DNA of 64,000 nt from an uncultured Hormoscilla sp. (GTDB lineage: Bacteria > Cyanobacteriota > Cyanobacteriia > Cyanobacteriales > Desertifilaceae): positions 3,488,001 through 3,552,000 of the forward strand of contig OZ001293.3 of NCBI GenBank assembly GCA_963921275.4. Direction: 5' to 3'. Positions 1-9,291 of the stretch are shown piece by piece. The position numbers and the translations under genes are program-made. How positions within the stretch are numbered: position 1 is the first letter of the stretch; each line of letters begins with the position of its first letter. The notes below the pieces were generated by a model. The model ran no database searches, was not told the DNA's origin, and saw only the letters and a program-made list of their open reading frames with translations.

Positions 1-265
1 TCCAATCGCCGGTTAATTATCTCTTCTATTCCTATTTCATCGATGATTCCGGCAACTAATCCCAGATGATCTAGATTGGTAATTTCCATGTGCAAGTATC
101 TGAACTTCTTTGACTTTCAATTATAACTCAATTTTGTGATTTTGAGACAGATTTTTTCAGCATCCTGAGTATAAATACTCAGAAATGCCTAAAGGTACTA
201 CATTTGTGTTGCAAGATCAGATCGTAATACATAGCAGATTACAATTTGTCGTGCGGAATGTGGGT
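1..265 (-). mobile_element. IS1634-family element end with transposase N-terminus (continues beyond window start)
   Basis: Minus strand from ATG at 89 reads MEITNLDHLGLVAGIIDEIGIEEIINRRL (DUF4277-like start); terminal-like GTGCGGAATGTGGGT at 251-265 abuts the LysR fragment. Confidence 0.75.
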
Positions 266-524
266 TCAAGGGGTAGTCCACCAAGGAGAACTGATCGCCC
301 TGTTACCCCGATCGGCATTAATGCAGGCACGCCTTGACCCGACCCTGGCCGTCAGAGCGATCGCCTCGGGCAATCAAGAGCATATATCATCTCCACCCTT
401 GACGAGTCAAGTGGTATTGGTCACCACCCGCGATCGACTCCAGATTCCCCCAATTGGCCATTTCCGCCAACTGGTCAAAGGGCTTTACCCACAGTTTCAA
501 CCTCAGCTATCAGCAGTCAGCTGA
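266..524 (+). pseudogene. C-terminal fragment of LysR-family regulator, cut off by the IS1634 end
   Basis: GVVHQGELIALLPRSAL...VVLVTTRDRLQIPPI resembles cyanobacterial LysR C-termini; no N-terminus in the window. Confidence 0.6.
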
Positions 525-649
525 AAATTGTCAATTGACAATTGCGCGATCGTAAGTGCGGATTGCTTCGTTCAGAGCAACACAGGCGAGCGAGCGCTAT
601 AAATATGAATAAATAAATCTACCTTCCTCAATTCTCAATTAACAATTGC

Positions 650-1488
650 TCAATTCTCAATTTCCAGACTCATGCCTTCCCTGGCTAGCAAGCTATCAGG
701 AAAGACTGATTTTAATTTGGCTTCCATAAGTTCTAGAAACCGATCGTTGTGGCAGGGGTCGTGGTGACAAATTACCAGCTTCTGAACCCCAGCCGCCTTT
801 GCCACTTCAATCCCCGTCTTCCAGATAAAATCTTTCCAGTCAGTGTTAAAGGATGGAAACCTTACGCTAACCGACTCTATTGTTGCATCGTAAATCAGTA
901 TATTCGCGTTCCGGGCTAAATGCAGCAGACTTTTATCTAAGCGATCGGGGCGCAGTAATGTATCCGTAGCGTATACTGCTGTATTTCCCTGACAACTCAC
1001 CCGGTAGCCAGTAGCGCAATTAGTTGGGTTGAGACAGACCGTTTCAATCGCCACCTCCCCTAGGGCCAGTTCCGACTCCGGTTCCAGATCGTAAAACTTC
1101 ATATCCGACCCCATGATCCCAATTGGCACTGGGAAATTAGGCGGCAGCATCTGCTCGAACAGGCGCTGTTCCATCGAAGCCCCATTAGCTGCCGACGCCC
1201 CGTAAATGTGAAAACGATTTATCGGAATAAAACCTGAGACAAAAAACGGGAATCCTTGAATCCGGTCCCAATGACAGTGAATCAAGAATAGATGGGCTTC
1301 CACAGGCATCTGGCTGAGTAGATGCTTTCCCAGCACCCTCACACCGGTGCCCGCATCAAAGATCAAGAATTGATTAGCCACCCGCATTGTCACACAGGAG
1401 GTATTACCCCGTAGCCCATTGTCTCCCTGCCCGGGGTGGGAATCTCCCCTCGGACGAACTGGACAGTAAATTCGCAATCAGCGCTCAT
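650..1488 (-). pseudogene. MBL-fold metallo-hydrolase, frameshifted near its 5' end
   Basis: Natural start MSADCEFTVQF-VRGEIPTPG...YG (ATG 1488) is out of frame with GNTSCV...DAGTG...HCHWDRIQGFPFF...HHDP; shift near 1410 in a G run. Confidence 0.7.
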
Positions 1489-1532
1489 AACATTCTTCGC
1501 CTTTTCTGGTGAAGATTTTGGCAATGCGGCTA

Positions 1533-1619
1533 CGATGTGCTCTGCGCGCTCGATGTCTCCGGAGTAGTGCGATTAGCGCTCTCCGGAGACATCGTATTCG
1601 CACTACCCATCGCACATCG
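1533..1619. repeat. Nested pair of ~44-bp hairpin micro-elements (inner copy 1551-1594)
   Basis: Inner CGATGTCTCCGGAG-16nt-CTCCGGAGACATCG inside outer CGATGTGC...GCACATCG that resembles the 42201-42244 copy. Confidence 0.75.
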
Positions 1620-1827
1620 TGTGATGGTTCATTATCTGAGCCTGCCAGTTGCTTCCTACCCGCACCCCAGCATGCTCAGACTACCGCCAGTTACTATTTT
1701 TAGCGTAGCGTGTTGCACATTTTGGGGATGATGCCATTGTTTGCACCAGCAAAACGTTACTGAAAGTGGCTTATAGTCTACGTTTAAGACTTATGCAAAG
1801 AGACCCATCATCCCGTCCGAAGTGCAA

Positions 1828-2340
1828 CTATTTTTGTGCCGCGTCAATACATTTTTTCACCAGAGGCCTCACCTCTGATATATCTTTCCAGCCGAGTATT
1901 TCAGTAACTTTTTTCTCTAAATTTTTGTAAGTTCTGAAAAGTTCGGCAATTTCATCCAACCGATGGGGTGCCACATCTTGGAGGGATTTTACCTCAGCAT
2001 AGCGCGGGTCATCGTCGGGCACGCAGAGAATTTTTTCATCCCGATCGCCCCCGTCAATCATTTCCAACATTCCTATTGGCCGCGCCGCTATCACGCAACC
2101 CGGGAAAGTGGGCTGATCCATCATCACCATACCATCGAGGGGGTCGCCATCGTCGGCTAGGGTATTGGGGACAAAGCCGTAATCGTAAGGATATTGTACC
2201 GAAGCATAAAGCACCCGGTCTAGGATCAAGGCTTGCATATCCTTATTATACTCGTACTTATTTTTGCTTCCGGCTGTGATTTCGATCAATACGTTCAGCA
2301 AACCCGGTTTTGGTTGGGCTGGTATCCGCGATAAATCCAA
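1828..2340 (-). CDS. ppa: Inorganic pyrophosphatase (family I)
   Basis: (M)[12 protein letters not shown] start at TTG 2340; [25 protein letters not shown] motifs. Confidence 0.95.
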   Translation of the reverse strand: MDLSRIPAQPKPGLLNVLIEITAGSKNKYEYNKDMQALILDRVLYASVQYPYDYGFVPNTLADDGDPLDGMVMMDQPTFPGCVIAARPIGMLEMIDGGDRDEKILCVPDDDPRYAEVKSLQDVAPHRLDEIAELFRTYKNLEKKVTEILGWKDISEVRPLVKKCIDAAQK

Positions 2341-2622
2341 TTTAATACTCCTCGCTAACAGTAACATTCCGACCCGCGTCAGTTCAAGGCAGTCCGAGTC
2401 GGGTTTGGGGTGTCGATCTGCATGGGGTCTCGGCACCCCCAAAGCTAATTGTAGGGGAATACGTTTAACTCGAACAGGTCAAAATTCTTTCTTCAAATTC
2501 TTTCTTCAAAATTGACCACTGACTTAATATATTTTAATAGTTATATATCTTATTATTGATTAATCGATTATAAAGGGACGGGTGGTCAGGACTTACACGG
2601 CGGACATCGCTACATCTTGACC

Positions 2623-2673
2623 ACCAGTCACCAGTCACCAGTCACTAGCCACCAGTCACCAGTCACCAGTCAC
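2623..2673. repeat. Heptamer tandem repeat (ACCAGTC)n, STRR-like
   Basis: About seven tandem units, one imperfect, directly visible. Confidence 0.85.
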
Positions 2674-3299
2674 TTGATCCGTTGGTAAAGTCCCTTGGCG
2701 ATATCCAGCAGGTTGATTAATTGCTGCCATTCTGGAGCATCAGGATGGTGGCTGTTGGCCCATTCTATCTTCAGGCTTTTTTGTAGCAGATCCAGCAATA
2801 AGTCTGGAGATTGCAATTGGCCAGTCGAAATGGCCTTTTGCGGCTCCTCTGTTGGCGTTGACTCTGTGGGATCAAAGGTAGTTGACTCTGTGGGCTCAAA
2901 AGTAGTTGATTTTGTTGGTTCAAAGGTAGTTGACTCTGTCGGTTCAAAGGCAGTTTCCTTGATTTTCTGTCCTTGCTTAGCCAGATCCAGAGCCTTCTGA
3001 GATACAAGGTCTGGTAGCTTGGGGCGATCGGATAAAGAGATGCGAGATAGTTCGCCCAACAGGGAGATCACCTGCTCTACCCACTCCAGAGATGAGGACT
3101 GCCAAGCATTGGCACCACTTTGGCTGTTACCTTCCTCTTGGATGCTCTTTGCCTTTTTAGCTAGTGGTATAGCTCTTATAGAGATATTTTCTGGTAATTT
3201 GGGGAGATCTGACAGACCTGCACGAGCGATATCCCGTAACAGTTGAATCACCTGCTCTACCCACTCTCTCTCTTCTTTCTGCTTCTTCAAGTCATTCAT
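2670..3299 (-). CDS. Hypothetical protein with duplicated ~45-aa helical module and 8-aa tandem repeats
   Basis: EWVEQVI..L..I.R..LSD.PKLP..S..A..LAK occurs twice; (F-E/D-PT-E/K-ST-T) x4. Confidence 0.65.
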   Translation of the reverse strand: MNDLKKQKEEREWVEQVIQLLRDIARAGLSDLPKLPENISIRAIPLAKKAKSIQEEGNSQSGANAWQSSSLEWVEQVISLLGELSRISLSDRPKLPDLVSQKALDLAKQGQKIKETAFEPTESTTFEPTKSTTFEPTESTTFDPTESTPTEEPQKAISTGQLQSPDLLLDLLQKSLKIEWANSHHPDAPEWQQLINLLDIAKGLYQRIK

Positions 3300-3474
3300 T
3301 TTTCACGCTAGTAGTTTTCAATATCTCAGACTCGGATATTAGGTAACTTCTCCCGACTCCACTCCAGACTGTCAGGGGACTCCAGAGCATAAAATCTTCA
3401 TTAAATCTGCTTATAATACCATTTTGAAACAAGATTGCTACAGATGGGGAGTCTGGAAGTCCCCGATGGTCCAA

Positions 3475-3519
3475 CGGTTTCTCCGGAGTAGTGCGTAAGA
3501 GCGCTCTCCGGAGACACCG
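3475..3519. repeat. ~44-bp hairpin micro-element
   Basis: CGGTTTCTCCGGAG-TAGTGCGTAAGAGCGCT-CTCCGGAGACACCG; a further variant lies at 3664-3712. Confidence 0.75.
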
Positions 3520-3795
3520 AAGATTTTGGCAATCTCAGATCGTTGCATCTCTTCAAGGTATAAGCTGTTTTTGGGATCCACCGGGCAGGCATGGGATAAA
3601 CCCTTTATTTCGGTTTGTTTGGACACCGACCCACAGCTGGCCAATAGGTGAAGGGCCGCAGTTCGATATCCTCCAGAGGGGACGCGCTACTCGCACTACC
3701 CCAGAGATATCGCCGCCTCCCATACGCTGATTTTTAATCCCATCGCGTTCCGTCTAGCCTCCCGATAGCGCTGCGCTGGGGGCGCAGCCATAGCG

Positions 3796-6700
3796 TTATT
3801 TTTCCGTCAGCTTCCAGACTCCATCCCAAGTTTCATTGGGTGGTTGGTCTTCAAACAGCATACAACGCTGTATGTGTAATTTAGCCGCCTTATTCTTCGG
3901 ATCGATGTCCAGAACTGCTTGAAACTCACCCTGGGCGTTCTCAAACGCTTTCTTCGCCTTATCCGTAAACTGCTGCTTGGCTAGCCCGATCAGTTTCCAG
4001 ATCAGAGCTTGTGACATTTCCTTGGCCTCATCGGATAACATCTGTTGGTCTTTTTCTTTAGCGCAGAACTGAAGAAGCTTAGCGGTCAACAGCTTCTTGA
4101 TCTCCCGGGGGGGAGTAAGCTTGATCTCCCGATCTGCCAAGGACTTTGTCGTGTCTCCGGAGTAGTGCGAATAGCGCTCTCCGGAGACACGGCGGGCTTC
4201 TGAAGAAGGCATCTGCTTGAGTTCCTCTAATGACAGCCGCTTGATAGCATTGGACCCTAAGATTTGCTCTAGTTGAGCTAATGACAGCTGCGAGATCGTA
4301 TCCCGTAAAATTTTATCCTTACGATCGGCAAACTCCTTCTCCTCGGACTCTGATACCTCTTCTGGCAGCTGTTCTAACAAAGATATCATCTCGTCTGAGG
4401 ACAATTTTTCCCTTGCCGGTTGTAGGTAATACTCGCGCCCTTTGTGATAGTGGTCGATCGCCTTCTGCTTTTCCTCTGGAATCGGTCGAGCCAGCGTGCT
4501 CCTGCCTGGCTGGATCCCCACCAGTTCGTATATTCTCACCGGTTCGCTTTTTCCCTTCACGGTAATAAAGTCCAGCTCCCTGACTATTAGCCGCCTCGCA
4601 TAGGGTTTATAAGTATTTTCGCTGATGACTATGTCTGTGCCATATTGCTTGCTCGTCCCTTCCAGACGAGAGGCCAGATTGACACCATCACCAATAGAAG
4701 TCAGTTCCATGCGTTTGCTGGAGCCAATATTGCCACTCACGACTTCATCGGTATGGATCCCCATGCCAATGCCGATCGCCATCTTACCCTCTGCAATCCG
4801 AGCCTCATTGAATTTCTCCAATCGCTGGCGCATGGCGATCGCCGTTTGCATCGCATACCAGGCATGATCGTTGAGGGGCGCTGGCGATCCAAACACCGCC
4901 ATCAGGGCGTCACCTATATATTTATCAAGAGTGCCCCCGTAGTGCAAGACCGCGTCCACCATTTCTTCAAAATAGCTGTTGAGCATCACCACCACTTCTT
5001 CGGCTTGCATTTTTTCCGTCAATGTGGTATAGCTGCGAATATCTGAAAACAGCACGGAGACATGCTTGCGCTTGCCTCCCAACCCCGTATCGCCACTTGC
5101 TAGCAATGCCTCTGCCACTTCTGGCGTCATGTAACGATACATCAGATTTTTGACCTGCTTCTCATCGGAGATATCTTCCATGACCACTAATGCCCCGTTT
5201 ACTTTGGTGGGGTCGCTAGCATCGGACATTGAGTTAATCGATAGATTTATACTCTGCTGTACCGTTCCGGAAAAATAGGAGTCTTTAGACAACAAAGTTT
5301 GATCTGGGTAATACTGTTGCCGTTCTTTTTCATCTAGGGGTGAGAGGGCTGCGTCAAACCATTTGCCAAAATCACCTTCCTTGAGTTTCAGCAAGTCCCG
5401 CATCAACTTACCCTCTATGAATTCGTTGGAGCCATACCCTAATAATTGCTTGGCCGATTCGTTGGCGGCCATAACGATACCCTTTTTATCCGTGGAGATC
5501 ACCCCATTGGTCAAGCTGCGCAGGATATCCTTCTGAATTTGCTCCTGCTGCTTCACTTCCGCAAACAGCTTCGCATTTTGCAGGGCTACACCGGCTTGAA
5601 TGTTAAACGCCTGCATGAATTCTTGGTCAGAACGATTAAAGCTCGCCTTCCACTGTTCCGGGGCTTTGGGCCAATCATTTGGGTCATAGGGCGGGTACTC
5701 TCCCTGTTTCTTCTTGTTGATTAACTGCGTCACCCCGATCAACTCGTCATTGGCGTTAAACACGGGCATGCACAACATACTGCAAGTGCGATAGCCTGTC
5801 TTCTGATCCGTTTGTTTGGAAGTTTCCGAACGCCCATCTTCATACAGGTCAAAGGGAATCAGCAGGGGCTGATGAGATTCCGCCACCATGCCTGCGAAGC
5901 CCGCTGTCCTGGGGATGCGGATTTCTGTTAACTTGCCTGCGATCGGGATTTTCGTCCACAGCTCATCTTTTTCGTGGTCTATCAGCCACAGGGTGCTGCG
6001 ATCAGCGTTCATCAGTTCCTTGGCCTGATCCATCACCTTTTTCAGGGTGTCTTCTAAGTCCAAACTGCTCTTGGACAGGGAGTTTACCGCGTTCATCAGG
6101 GCTGCCGCCGCCCGTTGTTTCTGGGTTGCTGCATAGAATGATTTAGAGGACTCCAGTATGAGGAGAATGGATGGGGCAAACTCTCTAAAAACTTGTTCGT
6201 CTTCTGATGTGAACCCCTCTATATCGATTTTTTCTGCCAATTCTGCGTAGGGGTACTTATCGTGCTTTAATTTATTTATCAGTTGCACAACCGCCACCAA
6301 CTCTCCTGTCTCCTCATTCAACAGGGGCATCGCTAGCATGGTGTAGGTGCGGTAGTTGTTTTTTTTGTCAAATTCCTTGGCCGCCACTGAACGGGGATCA
6401 TCATAAAAGTCGTAGGGGATATTGACCACTTTTTTCCATGTGGCCACTTCTCCGGCAATCCCTTTATCTGCTGGAATTCTAATTTCTAGAGCATTCCCAT
6501 TGTCATCCTTGGCTACAATTGTAAACAGTTCATTTTTTTCTTCATCGAACAGAAAAATGCTGCTGCGATCTGTATTTAGCAGTTCCCCCGTTTTCATGGT
6601 GATGGAACGCAACATCTCATCCAGAATTGCGTCAAACACCTGATTTTCCAGATCCAGCATCGACAGGGTTTGATTGACCGTTTTTAGTTTATCTTCTACG

Positions 6701-7005
6701 TCGGTGACAACTTGTTTGAATGTGTCCTTTTTCAGCGAGGCCATAAATTCTGAGAAACTGCCCTTGGCTGTGACTAAGGCACCCCCAGAGGATGCTTTTA
6801 GGGGCGCTGTTGAGTTTTCTACCACTTCCGGACTTTCCCTATCTATCACTGTGCCAGTCCCCTGCCCAAGGTCGCCCTGGTCTAGATGGTTGTAGTTTAC
6901 CTGTTTGGGGGCATCTTCATCAATTATTATAGTGGCAGTAGCATCCAAAGTCTGCTGATGCTGAGATGAAGCTTTCATAGATGTCACCAAGGCTTTGATT
7001 GACAA
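3796..7005 (-). CDS. cyaB: GAF-GAF-PAS class III adenylate cyclase (CyaB type)
   Basis: Tandem GAF domains with QLINK...F...D motifs, PAS, cyclase motifs LFSDIRSYT, DKYIGDALM, GDGVNLASRLE, and C-terminal WDGVWKLTEK. Confidence 0.9.
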   Translation of the reverse strand: MSIKALVTSMKASSQHQQTLDATATIIIDEDAPKQVNYNHLDQGDLGQGTGTVIDRESPEVVENSTAPLKASSGGALVTAKGSFSEFMASLKKDTFKQVVTDVEDKLKTVNQTLSMLDLENQVFDAILDEMLRSITMKTGELLNTDRSSIFLFDEEKNELFTIVAKDDNGNALEIRIPADKGIAGEVATWKKVVNIPYDFYDDPRSVAAKEFDKKNNYRTYTMLAMPLLNEETGELVAVVQLINKLKHDKYPYAELAEKIDIEGFTSEDEQVFREFAPSILLILESSKSFYAATQKQRAAAALMNAVNSLSKSSLDLEDTLKKVMDQAKELMNADRSTLWLIDHEKDELWTKIPIAGKLTEIRIPRTAGFAGMVAESHQPLLIPFDLYEDGRSETSKQTDQKTGYRTCSMLCMPVFNANDELIGVTQLINKKKQGEYPPYDPNDWPKAPEQWKASFNRSDQEFMQAFNIQAGVALQNAKLFAEVKQQEQIQKDILRSLTNGVISTDKKGIVMAANESAKQLLGYGSNEFIEGKLMRDLLKLKEGDFGKWFDAALSPLDEKERQQYYPDQTLLSKDSYFSGTVQQSINLSINSMSDASDPTKVNGALVVMEDISDEKQVKNLMYRYMTPEVAEALLASGDTGLGGKRKHVSVLFSDIRSYTTLTEKMQAEEVVVMLNSYFEEMVDAVLHYGGTLDKYIGDALMAVFGSPAPLNDHAWYAMQTAIAMRQRLEKFNEARIAEGKMAIGIGMGIHTDEVVSGNIGSSKRMELTSIGDGVNLASRLEGTSKQYGTDIVISENTYKPYARRLIVRELDFITVKGKSEPVRIYELVGIQPGRSTLARPIPEEKQKAIDHYHKGREYYLQPAREKLSSDEMISLLEQLPEEVSESEEKEFADRKDKILRDTISQLSLAQLEQILGSNAIKRLSLEELKQMPSSEARRVSGERYSHYSGDTTKSLADREIKLTPPREIKKLLTAKLLQFCAKEKDQQMLSDEAKEMSQALIWKLIGLAKQQFTDKAKKAFENAQGEFQAVLDIDPKNKAAKLHIQRCMLFEDQPPNETWDGVWKLTEK

Positions 7006-7264
7006 TTAATTTTATTTATATTTATTTATCGACAAATCTACTATTTGTCAAGGGTGAATGAGCTGGCTGACGACAGACTCTTCCTTAGTTTACTCTGTAA
7101 GAGTTATTTGAGTATGGGTATTAGTGTGATTTTCTGGGTCCAGATAAATGGGCTCGTTCGTGATTTTGGCATTAAAAGCATATTTATATGTGTTGTATTT
7201 TACCAGGAAGAGCCGATCTCGGCTGATGATTTAATAATTTGGCTTGCCCCCGATCGGGCAAAAT

Positions 7265-9019
7265 TTACACGCTGCCTTGGGTTAAGCTCAAGGATTGACG
7301 CAATTTGGCGGCTTCAGCTAGGAGAGATTCGGCAAAGGCGTAGGCTTGAGTGGCTGATTGTCCCCCTGTCAGCTGTGCTAGTTCGGCGCAGCGCTGCTGG
7401 TTGTCGAGTTCTTTAACTCGGACAACGGTGCGTTCTGCTTCCCTTGGCTGCGGTATGACTTGTTTGTTGACGTGGAAGTGATGGTCGGCCATCGCTGCCA
7501 CAATGGGTTGGTGGGTGACACAGAGGACTTGGTGCCGTCCGGAGAGTTGATGCAGCTTGGAGGCGATCGCCCCTGCAATTCGACCAGAAACTCCGGCATC
7601 TATTTCATCGAACAGGAGTGTCCCAGCGCTGTCTACCTGGGAGAAACAGGCTTTCAGGGCTAGGAGAAAGCGGCTCATTTCACCTCCAGAGGCTGTTGCT
7701 GCTAAGGGTTGTAAGGGTTCTCCTGGGTTGGAGCTAAACTCAAATACGACCCGATCGGATCCGGTGGGGCTGGGGGAACTTGGTGTTAAAGTTACCTTAA
7801 ACTGTACTTTGGACATTGCCAAGGGTTTGAGCTGTTCTACTAGATGGGTTTCTAATTTATCTGCTGCTGCTCGCCGCTGCCAGTGTAGCTTTGAGCAGGC
7901 GTCATTCAGGTTTTGCAGCGCCTCTTGATAGCTTTTTTCTAGCAGTTCCAGGGTCTGAGTGTCACCAGTTAGTTCTTCTAGTTCTGAAGAGATGCTCTGG
8001 TAATGGGCGATCGCCTCTGCTAATGTGGGTCCATACTTGCGGGCTATCAGCTTGAGTTGCTGTATTCTCGCTTGTATTTCTTCCAGTCGTTGGGGGTCAC
8101 TTTCCAGGGCCGTGCTATAGGAGAACAGCTGTCTGCCTGCTTCGGTCACTTGAATATAGGCCTGAGAAACCATTTCTAGAATTCCCTGCAGTGAGCGATC
8201 GTAGCCGATCATCTCGGACATTATTCTCTCGGCTTTACCCAGCAAGTCTGCTGCTGCCTCGGAGTCCCGATCGCTTTGGTATATTGCTTGATATACCTGA
8301 TAGCTCTGCTGCTGCAATTCTACGCTGTGAGCGAGTCGCTGGCTTTCTTTTTCTAGCACCTCCAATTCGTCAGGGCTGTCTAGGTTGGCGGCTGTTAGTT
8401 CCTGTAGTTGGTATTCTAGCTGATCTATTCTTTGTAGCCGCACCTGCTCCGATGTCCGCCGCTGTTCTAGAGTCTCTCTGGCTTGTTCGCAAGCATCAAA
8501 GGCGGCGGCCACCGAATCGCGCATTGACAGCACTGCCTCCCCGCCGTAAACATCCAGCCATTCCCGCTGGAGTGATGGTTGCCCTAGTTGTACCGTTTGA
8601 CCTTGAGCTGTGATTTCTACTATACGAGAGCGCAATTGCTCCATCTGCTGCCGGTTTACTACTATGCCATTCAGTCGCGATCGCCAACGTGATCGCCGGT
8701 TCTCTTGATTGCTGGCCAGTTCTCGGCTACAAACTAGGAATATCCCATCTAGCGGTTCTATCTCTTGGTCTTTCAGCCATTGGACCCCATTGGCATCCAG
8801 TTCAAAGGTTGCTTCCACTACCGAGCGATCGGCACCCGCACGGATGGATCTACTGCTAATTTTGCCTCCTAAGGCTGCATCTATTGCTTCTAATATGATT
8901 GACTTGCCAGCACCTGTTTCTCCTGTGAGCACTGTCATACCGGCACCAAATTGCAAATCTAGACTATCTATCAGAGCAAAGTTTTCTATCCGCAGTCCGA
9001 CCAGCATGGATTCGCTCAT
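7265..9019 (-). CDS. recN: DNA repair protein RecN
   Basis: IENFALID, Walker A TGETGAGKS, ASGGEMSR, FDEIDAGVSG, VTHQP. Confidence 0.97.
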   Translation of the reverse strand: MSESMLVGLRIENFALIDSLDLQFGAGMTVLTGETGAGKSIILEAIDAALGGKISSRSIRAGADRSVVEATFELDANGVQWLKDQEIEPLDGIFLVCSRELASNQENRRSRWRSRLNGIVVNRQQMEQLRSRIVEITAQGQTVQLGQPSLQREWLDVYGGEAVLSMRDSVAAAFDACEQARETLEQRRTSEQVRLQRIDQLEYQLQELTAANLDSPDELEVLEKESQRLAHSVELQQQSYQVYQAIYQSDRDSEAAADLLGKAERIMSEMIGYDRSLQGILEMVSQAYIQVTEAGRQLFSYSTALESDPQRLEEIQARIQQLKLIARKYGPTLAEAIAHYQSISSELEELTGDTQTLELLEKSYQEALQNLNDACSKLHWQRRAAADKLETHLVEQLKPLAMSKVQFKVTLTPSSPSPTGSDRVVFEFSSNPGEPLQPLAATASGGEMSRFLLALKACFSQVDSAGTLLFDEIDAGVSGRIAGAIASKLHQLSGRHQVLCVTHQPIVAAMADHHFHVNKQVIPQPREAERTVVRVKELDNQQRCAELAQLTGGQSATQAYAFAESLLAEAAKLRQSLSLTQGSV

Positions 9020-9245
9020 GTCAATTTTCCAACGGTCCTACCGTTCCGGAAAAATCGGACTGCGACTGGTCAGCGGGACAATTCGCGGTCGGTAGTCCGA
9101 TTGGATCTAGTACGCGGCTTCTATTGTACCACATTTTTGGCCAATTATCTCTGACTTCAGTCTAACTTCTGTACCGCTAATTTCCGCAGATCCCCAAAGT
9201 TGAAGAAAAAGTTAAGCTGCTCATTGTATTGAACATTAGCAACTT

Positions 9246-9263
9246 GTTACAATTGTTAACAAT
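9246..9263 (+). promoter_or_regulatory. HLR1-like (RpaB) direct repeat upstream of ABC1 kinase
   Basis: GTTACAAT-TG-TTAACAAT resembles the (G/T)TTACA(T/A)(T/A) pair at 10-nt period. Confidence 0.4.
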
Positions 9264-9291
9264 TGTAGCTGGCAGAGTAGATAAATATCCC

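Noticed and set aside
3401..3730. Short overlapping ORFs
   Set aside because: No recognisable family, and they run through hairpin micro-elements; probably debris
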